DNA of 64,000 bases. It comes from Callorhinchus milii. Taxonomy: Eukaryota. Numbering within the stretch: the stretch's first letter is position 1; the number at the start of each line of letters is the position of its first letter. Shown here piece after piece: positions 37,117 through 50,944 of this stretch. A program made the translations under genes and the position numbers. The notes beneath the pieces are model-generated. The model was not told the origin of the DNA and searched no databases. It saw nothing but the letters and a program-made list of their open reading frames with translations. The stretch is from positions 54,562,001 through 54,626,000 of the forward strand of contig NW_024704742.1 of NCBI RefSeq assembly GCF_018977255.1, in the 5' to 3' direction.

Positions 37117-37560
37117 ATTCAGCCTGGCTCAGTTTGTAGCACTCTTGTCTCTGAATCAGAGGTTGTGGGTTCAAGCTCTATGTCAGGAAATTGGAACTCA
37201 TTTAGTCTAGGATGACACACTGATGCATTGCTGGGGTGTGCCGCATTGTTGGAGGTGCCATTCTACAAATGAGACATTAAACTGAGGTCCCGTCTGCTTG
37301 TTCAGGGTTAAAGATGCATGCACCATTTGAAAAGAGAAGGGAATTCCTCCCAGTGTCCTGGTCAACAATCTTCGATAAATTTGGTCATTCATTTCATGGC
37401 TGTTTGTGGGACATTTCTGTGTGGAAATTAGCTACCATGTTTGCCCACACGAAGAAAAACATACAGTCAGTCCACTTTACTTATACTCTGTGAAGCAATT
37501 GATATGTTTTCCTGATGTGAAAGGTCCTATACCAAATGCAAGGATTATTTTGATTATTAC
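37117..37560 (+). mobile_element. Old DeuSINE (SacSINE1-like), near full length
   Basis: tRNA-like head, GCATTGTTGGAGGTGCC, core and tail. Confidence 0.9.
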
Positions 37561-40500
37561 TTGTTCAGCTCACATATGATGGAGTTTCAGGAATGGAATC
37601 AGTGCATCTGTGGGCCCAGCTACATTTTAACCAGATAACAGCTAATAAACCCACAGAAGCTGGTTGTGATTTTGGTGTTCTCTTACAAGTGCTGAGAATC
37701 GATTACTTCCTTGCTTACCAAAGAAAAGAGTCAATCATAATTTTAATTTTAAAATACTTTCCTCCCGAAATGAGTCAAAATCCATTTTTTTAAAATTCTA
37801 TTTTGTATGGTTTGGGGCATGTGATAGTTAGATAGCCTAGATCTGTCTGGTTTAGGGATTATTTCTGATTTGTATAGTTTGAGCATTCATACAGAATCCA
37901 AAAGATAAATTTATGCTGCAAACAATTTGTCGAAATTGCATAGAAGTGAAGCTAACTAATCACAATGAAATTACACTGTAAATGACAGTAACTAGTATAT
38001 CAAGGGAGAGGGAGAATCTGAAATCACTGGTAAATTTACAGATCTTGACAGATGAGGGAAGCTTATTCTCCATTAATTGACAAAGCTCATTACGAACTAA
38101 CACTACCAAGGTCAGTAAATTTACAAATAATCAGAGAATCATTCCCTTGATCTTTTCAGCATTGATTGTAAGCAGCAGCCAGCTGACTAACTAATAAAGT
38201 ACTGCTTGCCTGCCTCATAAATGTCCACTGTGATTTTTACCACCTATTCAGAAACATTTCCCAGCAAAAAGCTAAGCAGCATCTGTGTGTGTGTTGGAAT
38301 TTTTTTTTGGAAAAGTTATTAAAAATAAAAATATTTCCTCCTTTGTAACATCCTTCTTCCTCAAAGGAACATAATGAGAGGAAACCAGGCAGGGTTACAT
38401 CCAAGGTATTGGAAAGGAGATGAATAGGATGGGAAGAATTGTTTCAGCTGGTTGTATTTAGCAGTGAAGCTCTGTAATGTCAGTGTATTGTGAAACAGCT
38501 ATATGATTATAGTGTGAAGAGAACTTTCAACAGAAATTTTTTTTTTAATTCAGCATTGAACTCCAAACAACAGATCAGCTACTCAAACTTGATTCAAAAC
38601 AAACAGATAACAAGTGGGACCATATCCCATAATAAAGCAAGCAGATGGCAACCCTATCCTGCCAATGAAAAGAAAATGTATCACCATACTAAAGTGCCCA
38701 ACTATTCCTAATTTGACTACCATGTTGGGCAGTCTGGGACAAGTGTAATAATAATCCTTGTATAATCCTTTATGGGATGCATAAATAAATTTGTCACTGG
38801 AGACAATGTAATGTACTTTGGGAAAGGAACAAAAATGTTTTAAGATGACAAGGAAGAAAAGTATTTTAAAGGTAGCCAAAGTATTGTTGATACCATTACA
38901 AAAGAGAAAATTAGATCATGTATGAAGAGTTTCTACACAACAGAAATAATCAGTTATGGTCCTGTGTAAGAATTTTGCTTGAACAATACAAGAAATTATA
39001 TACCCTGAAAAAAACGCACCAATATTTGCTTAAACTAAAAGTTCACATGGAGCTAAAACTATTTTTTTTGGATGTGGTACCTTTAACAAATTTTAAAGCA
39101 CTATTTAATATGTTTTCCTGTGATTTACTCCTTTGTGAATAGATGTCAGGTTGGCTCATTGGTAGCAGTCATGCTTCTGTTATCTGGATCAGGACACAAG
39201 CAGAAACTCTTGTCAAATAGGCAGACAGGTCATTGGGTTTCACATCAAATATATCTTGATCAATGAAAGTGGCAATCGATTGAATCAGTGGCCTGTGGTA
39301 GGAGCTCTGTGAATGCGCTGAAAGTACTGAGGAGATAAACGCTCATAAGGCCATTCAGAATCAAGTCCAACTCCAGGATTCTGCACTTCAGTGTTGATAT
39401 ACTATTTAGAAGAAAACAGAAGCACATCATGTGTTCAATTTGGGCTTTAGTAGATCTTGCTTGGCATTGCTGAATATGAAAAGGAAAATATGGATTTTTT
39501 TTTACCCCTGTGAAGTTACAATTTGCCCTACTCTCCCAGAAAGTGTTTCTTTTTGGTCCAGGCACTGTGAACCTGTCAGTACCATTAATTAGAGGGCATT
39601 GTGCAGCGCGACAGAAGCTTTGAGTTACATTCTCGCTGTGCTGAGCAGTGTGCATAGCTGTCTGAACTAAACGCTGGCCACTGAACTGACACAACTTGAG
39701 GAGTCGAACAGCTGCAGCTGGCTGCATGCCACAAAACTATTGTGTAAGGTCAAGCAGTCTCGGAACAGGTAAATCAGGTGGGCAGAATCCTCAGGTTACT
39801 TGCAGATTGAGCTGCTGATAGCCATAGCATGCTTCACAATCCCACTGTGCGATCTGTGCTCCGATTCTCCTCAGGCCCTCCCCAGAGCAAGGAAACTGCT
39901 GCAGAAGTATGATTATGACAAGACAGACACCTGTATATCAGAACTTGATATTTGTATCCCCACATCTCTGGATGACTGAGAATCCAAATTCACGATAAAG
40001 CCAAGATAGCATACTATAAGGATATTTAGATCTGCTCTGCTGAGTGCTGGATCAAAATAATCACAATTTTGTACCATCACAAGCTCTTGGTTTGCTCTAA
40101 ATTCAAAAAACAGATCCTAAATATATATATATACTTGTCTTCCCTGAAATAAACTGAAGAGCTCCTTGCTCACTGTAATCTCCTTAACTTTGACACAATT
40201 GATATTAGAGACTCTTCATTCTTGAGGTGGTGGGGAGGGGGAGAGGAGGACACAAAGGGCCCTTTCAGATTCAGGAACAGATTCCTTGCTGCTGTCAGTG
40301 CTTTCCAAATTGAAGAGTCCAGTCTCAATTTAATTTCTGTTCTCTCAGTCTAAAGGATCATTTGAGCAGTAAACATCAAGGATAAGTCCTGCTGAGCAAA
40401 GGAAGACTGTTCTAGACGTTGATATTAAACACCAAAGCAGCTATGACCATGTAGCAGACAATGATGCTGTTCCTACAGTATTTGTGTCTGTCTTTGAAAA

Positions 40501-42034
40501 CTGCATTAGCTGGAATGTGAGAACTAATGTCGGCAACTGTCCACATGTTAATGCTTAGTAAATCAGAAGACCAGTGGACTGGACGTAGTTTCCACAATGA
40601 TGTAATGTGATGTAATTAAGCAGAACATTCAAAGTGCGGAACTGCAGTGGAAGTAAAAGAGCGATGACACATTTTCAGTGATTAAACCCCTCTGTTCCCC
40701 TCACCCACACCCCTCGATTCCCCTCTCCCACACCACTTTATTCCTATCTCTTACACCCCTCTACAGCCCTCTATTCCCCTCTCCAACATCCCTCTATTCC
40801 CTTCTCTCTCGTGTCTGCATCAAGTTTCCTGTTAAACACATTAATGATTGTTGCTGTAAACACAAGTCCCAGCAGTGAGTTCCACACTTTCACACCCTCA
40901 AGTGCTCTGGGACGCTACCCTGCATGTTGTTGTTGTGTGAAGAAGTTTTACAATTGGATTTAGTTTCAGATGTTCCATGAATAAAAGAATATAATTCCAA
41001 GCTCCTTTATGTTGAATAAACTGCTCTCTAAATTCACTCAGCACTTTCATCTCTATTAAATTGCTGCCCTTGTAAATAACATATTCTGTAACTACTACAT
41101 GTGAAATCATTCTGCTGCTCTCTGATCTCCTTCCCTTCTGGGTTATCAGTTCTGGTTTTAAAAACTATCATCAAAAAAAAGTTTTAAAAAAATTTAACAC
41201 TTCAATTTAACTCTGTGGGTTTCTAATCAATTCTGGTGTTCTGCAAATTAACCCAAACTGGCGACACTATGAATTTATAATCCGGTTCTAATTCAGTTTA
41301 ATGTTCATCCTTTTAGGACTATCCTTTACCATTCACGTACAAGAAGGAATAAACTGGCTTAGGGAATGGGGTACAATAAAGATACAAATTTGACACCTGA
41401 CTAACTGCCTAGTTTGGCAATTTTGGGACTGAGTTTCCTCCCATTGAGCATTAGTGTCTATTCAACTTAGCAGTTTTTGGATGCCATCTGGGTGGAATTT
41501 GATACAGTCAAGGTGGTATTAGAGTGCTGCTTTATAGGACACAAACTTAATTCAATCGGTCTTCTCTTCATATGTGATCTTTGACTGGGACAGCTGTAAG
41601 GGTGGCTGCAAATAACATATGAAATGGCAATAAATTAGCCACATTTCATTATGTGATCAATGTGTTATTAAAAACACCATGAATCTCATGCCTGCAGCAT
41701 GATGGCATTGAATGTATTTCTGGACTTCCATTGAAGCACACCTTTCAATTATGACTTACTACCTGAATGAGGACTTGCTAATATCTATTTACTTACAACC
41801 TGGACCATCTGGTCTTTAGAACATTCATGCCCAGTAAACCATTCCCCAGCGCATGCGCACATCTACCACTATTCCAAGCATCACACACGTGAAGCGCTTG
41901 CATCTCCAGGAAGCATTTAATGACCAGTCCTTGAGCACTCACTAGATGTGGAGCATGTAATACCCTCATCAGATGAAGGTTAACTGAGCTGACATAGTCT
42001 AGCCGCAACTCCGATGCAGTGTTGGTGGTTTGCT

Positions 42035-42348
42035 GTATTGTCGGAGATGCCGTACTTTGGTGAGATGTCAAGATGTCAAGATGCCAAGGTCCCATTTGCT
42101 TGTTACAAATCCAAAAATTAACAAGCTTTCTCCTGGTGTCCTCGCCAACAATCCCCCAAATGCATCAGACCAAAATAAAATCCCCCAAATAAAATTGGTA
42201 ATTCACTTCATGGCTTTTTGTGGGACATTGCTGTGCGAAAGTTGGCTGCTGCCTACAAAATATATACTCATTACACTTGGCAGTATAGCCTGTAAATCCA
42301 ACGTGAAAGGCACTATATCAAATGCAAGCATTATTATTATTGTTATTA
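42035..42348 (+). mobile_element. Old DeuSINE body and tail
   Basis: TTGTCGGAGATGCCG...TTTGTGGGACATTGCTGTGCG. Confidence 0.82.
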
Positions 42349-43876
42349 TATGCAGAATACTGCAACAGCGCAGAGTATGATGGACAAGAAATTGAGACGA
42401 ATATTTCAATCTGACATTGATGGAAACATAATTATTTTCAGCACAAAATGGGAATATTCAGCCTATCAAGCCTGTGACACCTCGACTAGCATCACTAAAT
42501 CATTTTACAGCTCGGCCCCATATTTTCCTCTCAAGGATCTGTGCTGGACCAATAGTTGTTTGCACCATAGACCCTCATGATGGGAATGCGAAGTCAAGAA
42601 GACGGATCCACAGTTTTGGATTTCTAACTGGCAGATCACAGTTTTCACTACTGGTTAATGGGATTGGATTTCTGAGATCAAGGGATCCAGCCTAATGTGA
42701 TAACAATATTAATGCTCGCATCTGATGTAGTCCTATAACACAACTCAAAGCAATTCAGGGTAATTAATGTTAAGTGTATAGTGACTGTATTTGTAGGTGA
42801 ACGTTGCAAGTAATTTGCACACAGCAATGTCCCACAAACAGCCAGGAGTTAAATAATTAAAGCATGCTTACTCCTCATAATTGAAACTTCAGCTCCTTGA
42901 GATATTAAAAGGAGCAGCTGATGATTGTGTTTAAAGACATGCAGGTGATGGTGTCATCATTAATCATCAAGTCTTCATTTTTTAGAGCACTTACTTTGAA
43001 TATTTTAATCCAACCACATAGGTATTTTAATAGTCCACAATGTGTTGATAAATACATGTTTGTTTTATTTTTTACAACAACAACAACAAAATTACTTTTA
43101 CAGAGTATCTTTCACATTGGGAGGACAGCACTGAACTGAGGCTTATGTCAAATATCAAAAGGTGAATCTGTTTCTTTAACTACTGCATTAGGAAGATGAA
43201 TTTTATCTGAGCATTATTGTCAGTATAGTGCTCATTGATATTCCAGATACAGTTAATGCGATAAATTCTGCATAAGCAAGCATTATTAAAAATGGCCTGT
43301 AGCATATCAGCTGCCAAAATGGTTTATGATCATAATCTGCAATTACAATTTCACAATTAATATTTTAGAATGGATAGAGGCCAATCATGTATAATGTCCT
43401 TATGGGTAATTAATGCATCCTGATGGGAATATGGGTATATGTTCTATCTGGGTGATGAACCTGAATGGTCTCATAAGAATTAGTGTCGAAATCAGGGCAA
43501 AGGTGACCAACAGAATACACACAGGAAGAATAAAAAGCCAAACAAAAGTAATGGCAAGATTTCAACTGCTATTTGTAGGTTGCCTAAAAGCTGACAAGTG
43601 TAATATTAACATGTCACATTTGGAGAATAAAAAACTTTCTTTCAATTCCTGAACATATTGCAATGATTGTTATGTAAATTTAAATTGTTAGTTGTTTTCT
43701 TTAAAATCCAATGGCATTCACTTCAAACAAGTAGTGTTTGATTCATGAAATTCTCTGGTGCCTCTAGTATTTTATGTGTTATTAGAAAGACTTATCTATC
43801 ATCTTGTACTTTACCACAAATAGATTGTACTATTTTAATGTTTCTAAATACAACTTGTTCATTAATCATTTTTTTA

Positions 43877-44033
43877 TAATAATAATCCTTGCATTTGATA
43901 TAGTTCCTTATCATGTCTTCGAGACATTTCAAAGCTCTTTACAGAATAAACTTACTATATATTGTGGGGAAACTCGGCAGCCAATTGCACACAGCAGTGT
44001 CCCACAAACAGTCGTGGACTGAGTGACCAAATT
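43877..44033 (-). mobile_element. SINE 3' half
   Basis: Tail and core. Confidence 0.9.
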
Positions 44034-44861
44034 ATTATTATTAATAACAGGAAAAACAATATATTAAATGTAAGGATTATTATCATTAACTTATTTATTT
44101 TTCAGAATTTTTAAAATTTAGAATATTGTATCCTCGATCCACCAGTCCCGCCTGTGTCCTTGTATTATTTTGGGGATCAGAAACAATGATGAATGTGATA
44201 ATTAGTATTGTCTGGGAATGGCCTGAGACGGTAGTGGAGGGTGGTCGCGGGTACCTCACTCTCCCTGTATTGAAAACAGTAACTCCAGCAGAATAGTATC
44301 AGCTCCCTTCTGTATTTAATATATTTTTTAGAATCAGTAAGAAAATCATAAATATTTTAAACTGGAAGAATCACCAATGTTAAATTCACAATATTAGTGA
44401 TTCTAACACCAATAAAAAAAAATTGCCTGGAGCACACTGTCATTTTACTGTCATTTCTAATCTCGGAATTAAAATGTTAGGTTAGGGTTGCACCTGATAA
44501 AACCAGCTGATTGGCATAACAAAGAAATGAAAATGTGTTTCATTCAATGAATTCTCATGTTTTGCTTCCGAGCTCAGCGGGAAGAGTTAATGTTGGAAAG
44601 AATTGCTTCTGTTTCCTTTCCTGGCCATCAATCAAAGTAACATGGACTTGCAGTTACATTGAACATCGTAACAAGCTTTTACTGCCAAAAATAAAAAAGG
44701 ACCACAGCGCGGAAAAAAATACAATGAAGTACCTGTAAGCAGTGAAATTATCCTTTTGTATCAGATTGAATGCATACGCATACTGAAGATTGTTTTGTAA
44801 TGCCACCAAATGATTGAATTCGCTATGTAATTGGTCTATATACTTGTTTTTAATACTATGT

Positions 44862-45842
44862 TTTTGATCTGTATAAATGACCTGGACTTGGGTATAGGGA
44901 GTACAATTTCCAAGTTTGCAGATGATACTAAGCTAGGAAAAGTAGTAAACAGTGAGGAGGATAGTAGCAGACTGCAAACGGACATAGACAGACCAGTAAA
45001 ATGAGCAGACAAGTGTCAGATGAACTTTAATGTAGAGAAATGTGAAGTGATCTATTTTGGTAGGAAGAATGAGGAGAGGCAATATAAGCTGATGGTACAA
45101 TCTTAAAGGAGGTGAAGGAACAGAGAGAACTGGGGGTTCATATAAGTAAATCTTTGAAGGTGGCAGGACAGGTGGATAAAGCTGTTAAAAAATCATACGG
45201 GATACTAAGCTTTATAAATAGGGGCATAGAATACAAAAGTCAGGAAGTTATGATGAACCTTTATAAAACACCTATCCTGGTTAGGCTGAGGCCTAGAGTA
45301 CTGTGTTCAGTTCTGGGCCCCACAGTTTAGGAAGGATGTCAAGGCATTGGAGAGGGTGCAAAGGAGATTTACCAGGATGGTACCAGGAATGATGGACTTC
45401 AGTTATCAGGAGAGACTAGAGAAGCTAAGATTATTCTTCTTGGAGCAGAGAAGGTTAAGAGGAGACTTAATAGAAGTTTTCAAAATTATGAGGGGATTCG
45501 ATAGGGTGAGCAAGGAGAAACTATTTCCACTGACGGGTGGGTCGGTAACCCGAGGGCACCGATTTAAAATAGTGCTAAAAGAAACAGAGGGGAGGTGAGG
45601 AAAAAAAATTTTACGCAGCGATTTGTTCGGATCTGGAATGCATTGCCTGAAAGAGTGGTGGAAGCCGATTCGATAACAACTTTTAAGAGAGAAGTAGATA
45701 ATTATTTGGGGACAACAAGTTTGCAGGGCTATGGGGAGAGAGCGGGGGAGTGGATTGAATTGGATAGCTCTTTTCAAAGAGCCGGCACAGACACGATGGG
45801 CCGAAAGGCCTCCTTCTGTACTGTATAATTCTATGATTCTAT
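44862..45842 (+). mobile_element. CR1 LINE, 5'-truncated, RT C-terminal remnant
   Basis: INDLDLGIGSTISKFADDTKLG, ERVQRRFTRMVPG, RRLRGDLIEVFKI; frameshifts; TTCTATGA-type tail. Confidence 0.96.
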
Positions 45843-46314
45843 CTCTCAAATGTTGTGGTTTTCTTTGTATTCTAATGGGGTCTATTAAGGGCCAAGTGCA
45901 ACCTATAAAGAGAGATACCTCGAAGTAACCGTATTATGAGGTATACAGAAAAGCCAGGGGAATTGGCAGCCAAGATTGAATAAACTGGTGGAGCAAACTT
46001 GACAAAGTGTTTGGCCTCCTTCTGGACTTATGTTTGATATAGAAACCAATGAAAATGCAATTGTATTATATGCTATGTATAAATAATGTGTAAACACATG
46101 TGCACAGAAGAATTATACATGCCCTTAAGTAAGTAATTAATAACGAATGAAAAGGATTGTTCATTAATGATATTAATAATTTCATGTGTGTTTAATTTCT
46201 TAATTAATATAATTTCTCTGTACATCTACATTTACATACAGTTTACACATAATGCATAATAATCCCCTTTGTTACCATGTTTTGTATTAAAAATATCTTT
46301 TAAAAAACGCAAAT

Positions 46315-46695
46315 CTCATTGGGAGGACACCTCACAGTGCTTCACACAAATTATTGAAAAGTGCAGTGACTGTGTATTTTGTAGGTGAACAGGGCAGCCA
46401 ATTCGCCCACAATAAGTCCCACAAGCAGCTATGAAGTGAACTTTATCTTGGGGATTGTTGACCAGAAGCAGGCAATACAGAATAAACTCCCTTCTCTTTT
46501 CAAGTCGTGCTATTGGATCTTTAACAACCATCTTAACATGCAGATCAGTCCTCAGTTTAATGTCTTATTCAAAGGATGGAATTTCCAACAATGCAGTGTC
46601 CCAAGGCACTGTACTGGAGTCTCAGTCCAAACTATGAGTTCAAAGTCCCAATGTAGAAGGTTGAACTTACAACCTTCTGACTCAGAGGTTACCAG
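46315..46695 (-). mobile_element. Old DeuSINE (SacSINE1-like)
   Basis: TTGAACTTACAACCTTCTGACTCAGAGG head; core. Confidence 0.85.
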
Positions 46696-47601
46696 ATGTG
46701 CTTTACATTGATGGGATTGGGTACTGAGCAAGGGAGACCGGTCTTTTATCTAAAGCAGTCTTTTATCTAAGGAGAACAATTTATCTAAGGATACAGTATA
46801 TGGTTTGGGACACTACATATCAAGCGACTGCCAGGATGGTGGAAGGCGAACTAGATGGACGTTGGTCTTCTTTTGCCTAGAAAATACTTATGTTCTTACA
46901 ACAATTCCAACTCTGTGAAGCTCTCCTCATAACTAAAAGTTCAAGGTAACGGATTCATTTTTGTTGCTTTTCTCTGAATGCAGTGCACCAATGCAATGTC
47001 CTTTTGAAACTGCAATGTCAAAACAGCACACAGCATTCCACATTCCAGTATTCCATATCCATGATTTGTATAAGGTTTGAATAAATTTATTTTAAATTCT
47101 AATCAAATACCCTAAAGATGCAACCCATTATTTGTTTTGTTTAATTGACTTTCATTTTCATCACGTTTACCTTTACTTATGAATCTTTTCTGGTTCTCTT
47201 CTTTCAATTTATTTCTATCATGTTAGCCTGAAAAATTTATTTCATGATTATCCAATTAGAAAATGCATTAAATAGTTGAATCACTGTAAATTAGTTTTAT
47301 TTTCACATCATTCCTTAGCTCTGTTGGCCCTGAGCAATTTGCTGTTTTTTGTTTGTTGCCATTATTTTGCCTCAAGTACAACTCTTTTGAGCTATTTGTC
47401 TCTTTGGTAGAGTCTTTGTGCCTTTGGAATTGGTATAGTCCAGGCGAGGTTAACACTCCAGTGGACTGCTGGGGGAGCGTCACATCGTCAGAGGTGCTGT
47501 TCTTCAACTGAGATCTATCTGCATGGTTCCTTGGAAATTATAGACCTCACTGGACCATTTGAAAAGAAAAGGCATAGGCTGAAAGGTCCTCAGTTTAATA
47601 T

Positions 47602-47920
47602 AATATAATAATAATCTTTGCATTTGATATAGCGCTTTTCACGTCTTTTCAATGTCTCAAAGCGCATCACAGAATAGACTGTAAAGTGAATTGCCTGTAT
47701 ATTTGTGGACAAAACGCAGCAGCCAATTGCGCACAGCAGTGTCCCACAAACAGTTGTGGATTGAAAATGACCAATTTATTATTGTTTTTTNGTTTTGGAG
47801 GGATTATTATTAGGCTCTGTGTGGAGTAAGGAAACTTGCCAAGGTTTCGCCTTGGCTGGAATTGAACCCAGGTGCCTCGCTTGCAAAGCGAGTGCTCTAA
47901 CCACTGAGCTACAGGACTCC
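47602..47920 (-). mobile_element. tRNA-Ala-derived SINE, short form
   Basis: Full length; TSD AATAT at 47597-47601 and 47921-47925; one N base at 47791. Confidence 0.95.
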
Positions 47921-47937
47921 AATATCTCATTTAAAGG

Positions 47938-48073
47938 ACAACACCTCCAACAATACAACCTACAGCACCTCCAACAATATAACCAACAGCATCTCCAATA
48001 ATACAACTTACAGCACCTCCAACAATAGAACATACATGACCTTCAACAATACAACCTACAGCACCTGCAACAA
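47938..48073 (+). repeat. 24-bp minisatellite, about 5.6 units
   Basis: Unit GCACCTCCAACAATACAACCTACA. Confidence 0.95.
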
Positions 48074-48180
48074 CGTGAGTTCAAGATCTCGACAAAAGGT
48101 TGAACCCACAACCTTATAGGTCAGAAGCAAAATTGTTACCAACTGAGCCAGACTGACACACATGCAAATACAAATAAAAC

Positions 48181-48558
48181 TAGCTTAGTGGTTAGAGTGC
48201 TCACCTCGCAAGGGAGAGGCCCTGGGTTTGATTCCCAGGTAGAGCAAAACGTTAGGCAAGTTTCCTTACTCCACATGCCTCTGTTTACCTAACAGTAAGT
48301 AGGAACCGGTTGTTAGTCGATTGGCGGATCTCTTTCCAGGGGTTAATAATCCTTTAAAAAAATATATTATTTGGTCACTCAATCCATGACGTGGGACTCC
48401 GCTGTGAGCAATTGGCTGCCATGTTTCACCCCAAAAATATGGAGTCAATTCACTTTACAGTATATTCTATGAAGCACTTTGAGAGGCTTCCATGATAAGG
48501 TGTAATAAGGCGCTATATCAAATGTAAGGATTATTATTATTATTGTTATTATTATTAT
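48181..48558 (+). mobile_element. tRNA-Ala-derived SINE, long form
   Basis: Starts at the A box; core and (ATT)n tail. Confidence 0.93.
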
Positions 48559-49063
48559 CACACTCAGAAAAACATCTACTGCTGCACCAGGGTCATGATT
48601 TAGTTTCCTTTGCCAGCTGTCCATGTAACTCTGTACATAATTGATTACACTGTAAAGAGATGAACTCTGATGGGTTTTATCCTGTCAACTTAAATTCACT
48701 TAAGCACTGGGATGGGACTACCCCAAAAGCATTTCACATCAGACACTTACAGCAAGCAAACAAGAAAAAGTGTTATTTTGTCATGTAGGCCAGATTTGAA
48801 CAAAGTGTTCTCACTAAATGTACTATTCAGTCCCCATTTATTTTCCTTTTCTCAAAAAGTAATGTGCAGTTGCTTAAGTGTGACTTTTATTGTAGATTTT
48901 TAGCAAAGTGCATCAAAGTTGGAACTTTCCTGTTCTTGCCAATAAAAATACGTTGCCCAGTATTCTCAACTTGCTGTCCTTTCTGTTCTCGCTTTACCTC
49001 TGATAGACATTACTTTAAGTTTTTCTGCATTTTATTATGTTATATTCAGAACATATATCATCA

Positions 49064-49365
49064 GTGGAGTCCTGTAGCATCGTAGTTAGCCCATTCACCT
49101 CGCAAGCAAGAAGACTCAGGTTTGATTCCTGGGCAGGGCGAAACCTTAGGCAAGTTTCCTTACTCCACACACCTCTGTTTATCCAGCACTAATCAGGAAC
49201 TTGGTGGTTACTCGATTGACAGATCGCTTTCCAGGGAAAATAATTCCCAAAAAGATGGTCATTTAATTGCTTTGTGCAATTGGCTTCCGCATTTCGCCCA
49301 CAAAATATAGAGTCAATCCACTTTAAAATATATTCTGGGAAGTATTTTGAGACATCTCAACGATG
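49064..49365 (+). mobile_element. tRNA-Ala-derived SINE, long form, diverged
   Basis: GTGGAGTCCTGTAGC head; tail eroded. Confidence 0.88.
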
Positions 49366-49959
49366 TCCATTCCACTAAGTGATGGAGGAAAGCTGCAAGC
49401 TAGAGATCAAATGCACAATTCAGCATCACAAATTAAGACATTGAGAGCAGTATCGGGAATCTACCTCTCACATATTTGAGTAATTCATAGTCACTTATGT
49501 AAGGTATTCTAAATTTATACCACAACTTAGATCTCATTCTTCTTGTCTCTATCACCTTGTTTAGCATTCTAATATTTATCATTCATTGACCAAAAATGTT
49601 TTTCCTGATGTCTTAACTTCTCATTGTTTTCAATTATATCCTCTATTCCAATTTCAAAGTAAGTCTAAAAATACAAATTTGCCCTATTTATACCATTAAG
49701 TATCTTTATACATTGATGAATTCCTCCTTTACTATCTGCTTTACAGACAGCAAACCGTTACTTTAGTCTTTGTTTTCTAGGTCATACGACTCCACTTGGG
49801 ATCAGTATTGTTGCTCTTTACTAACATAAACAAAAAAATATTTTTAGAGAAAGGTCCATGAAGACCTTGCTGTGTCCAAAAATATCCTACTGATCTGAAA
49901 AGTTGCTTGAAGGTTGTAAGCTTTATTCTCAGCCCATTGTTGTGCTTAAGAATCTTAAA

Positions 49960-50085
49960 GTAGAAAGTATTAGGACCAGGCTTGGAAAGGGCCAAAGCTT
50001 GGAGTGCACATTGGGGTATTGCTGAAATTTAACCAGAGCATTGTCTGGAAAGCTTCCCGATGCTTGTCCAGCTAAGACCACCTTT
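49960..50085 (-). mobile_element. RTEX-like family internal fragment (copy 4 of 5)
   Basis: GAAAGTATTAG..GGCCAAAGCTTGG..TAACCAG..GCTTGTCCAGC aligns with 51935-52090. Confidence 0.55.
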
Positions 50086-50194
50086 GCAGATTTTGCCAAT
50101 TTAGTGGCAAGTAATACTGAAAAACATTGTTATAATATTGGTTGGTTGCCACTGCCTCTAAATCATTTCAGTGACAATCTTTGAGAATAAAAAG

Positions 50195-50497
50195 AATAAT
50201 AATCCTTCCATTTGATACAGCGCTTTTCACGTCTTCTAGATGTCTCAAAGCGGTTCACAGAATAGACTGTAAAATGAATTGACTGTATATTTGTGGGCGA
50301 AATGTGGCAGCTAATTGTGCACAGCAGTGTCCCACAAACAGTTGTGATTGAAATGGCCAATTTAATATTTTTTTTGAGGGATTATTATCAGGGTGTGGAG
50401 TAAGGAAACTTGCCCAAGGTTTCACCCTGCTGGGAATCGAACCCAGGTCTCTCGCTTGCAAAACAAGTGCTCTAACCACTGAGCCACAGGACTCCAC
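50195..50497 (-). mobile_element. tRNA-Ala-derived SINE, short form
   Basis: Full length; B box GGTTCGATTCC. Confidence 0.95.
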
Positions 50498-50944
50498 AGT
50501 TGGAAGACCTGTTATTAATAATAAGTTGAAATAACGGAAATATATTATTTCCAACATTGAGCCCTCATCTTAAAGAGTACGTATTTCAATAAATGATTTG
50601 CAAGATATCAGTTTTAAAGCAACACAGATTACTCCAATATTATGTGAATTGTTAAATTCTGCAGAAAGATCCTGTACGTCTCCATGTAGTCTTTTCAATG
50701 AAATTTGAATTTAAGGATTATTAAAATGTAAATTTGTAACTTTTTGACTGATGCAGTCATTTTAACATTTTAACACTGAGGCTGGTGGCCAACAGTCGTT
50801 GTTTTTGTGTGAAATAAGGCTGGTATAGACAGAGCACCAGCTCATGATTTCCCACGCTGGTCTGTATGAGGTTTAGCCTGAGGTTTAGCCACATCTGAGT
50901 AAACTTTGGGAATCGCAGGAGGTGGGACTAGCTAGGAAGATGAC

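Larger units (their letters stand above)
47540..48160 (-). mobile_element. Old DeuSINE hosting a young SINE and a minisatellite
   Basis: Head at 48090-48160; CCTCAGTTTAAT..TCTCAT split by the insertion. Confidence 0.7.

Noticed and set aside
39260..39727. 155-aa minus-strand ORF
   Set aside because: No recognisable domain or splice context; overlaps an enhancer-like block
47779..48033. Cys/Trp-rich repetitive peptide or CRISPR-like array
   Set aside because: 24-bp minisatellite with no unique spacers, in a vertebrate-like context with no cas genes
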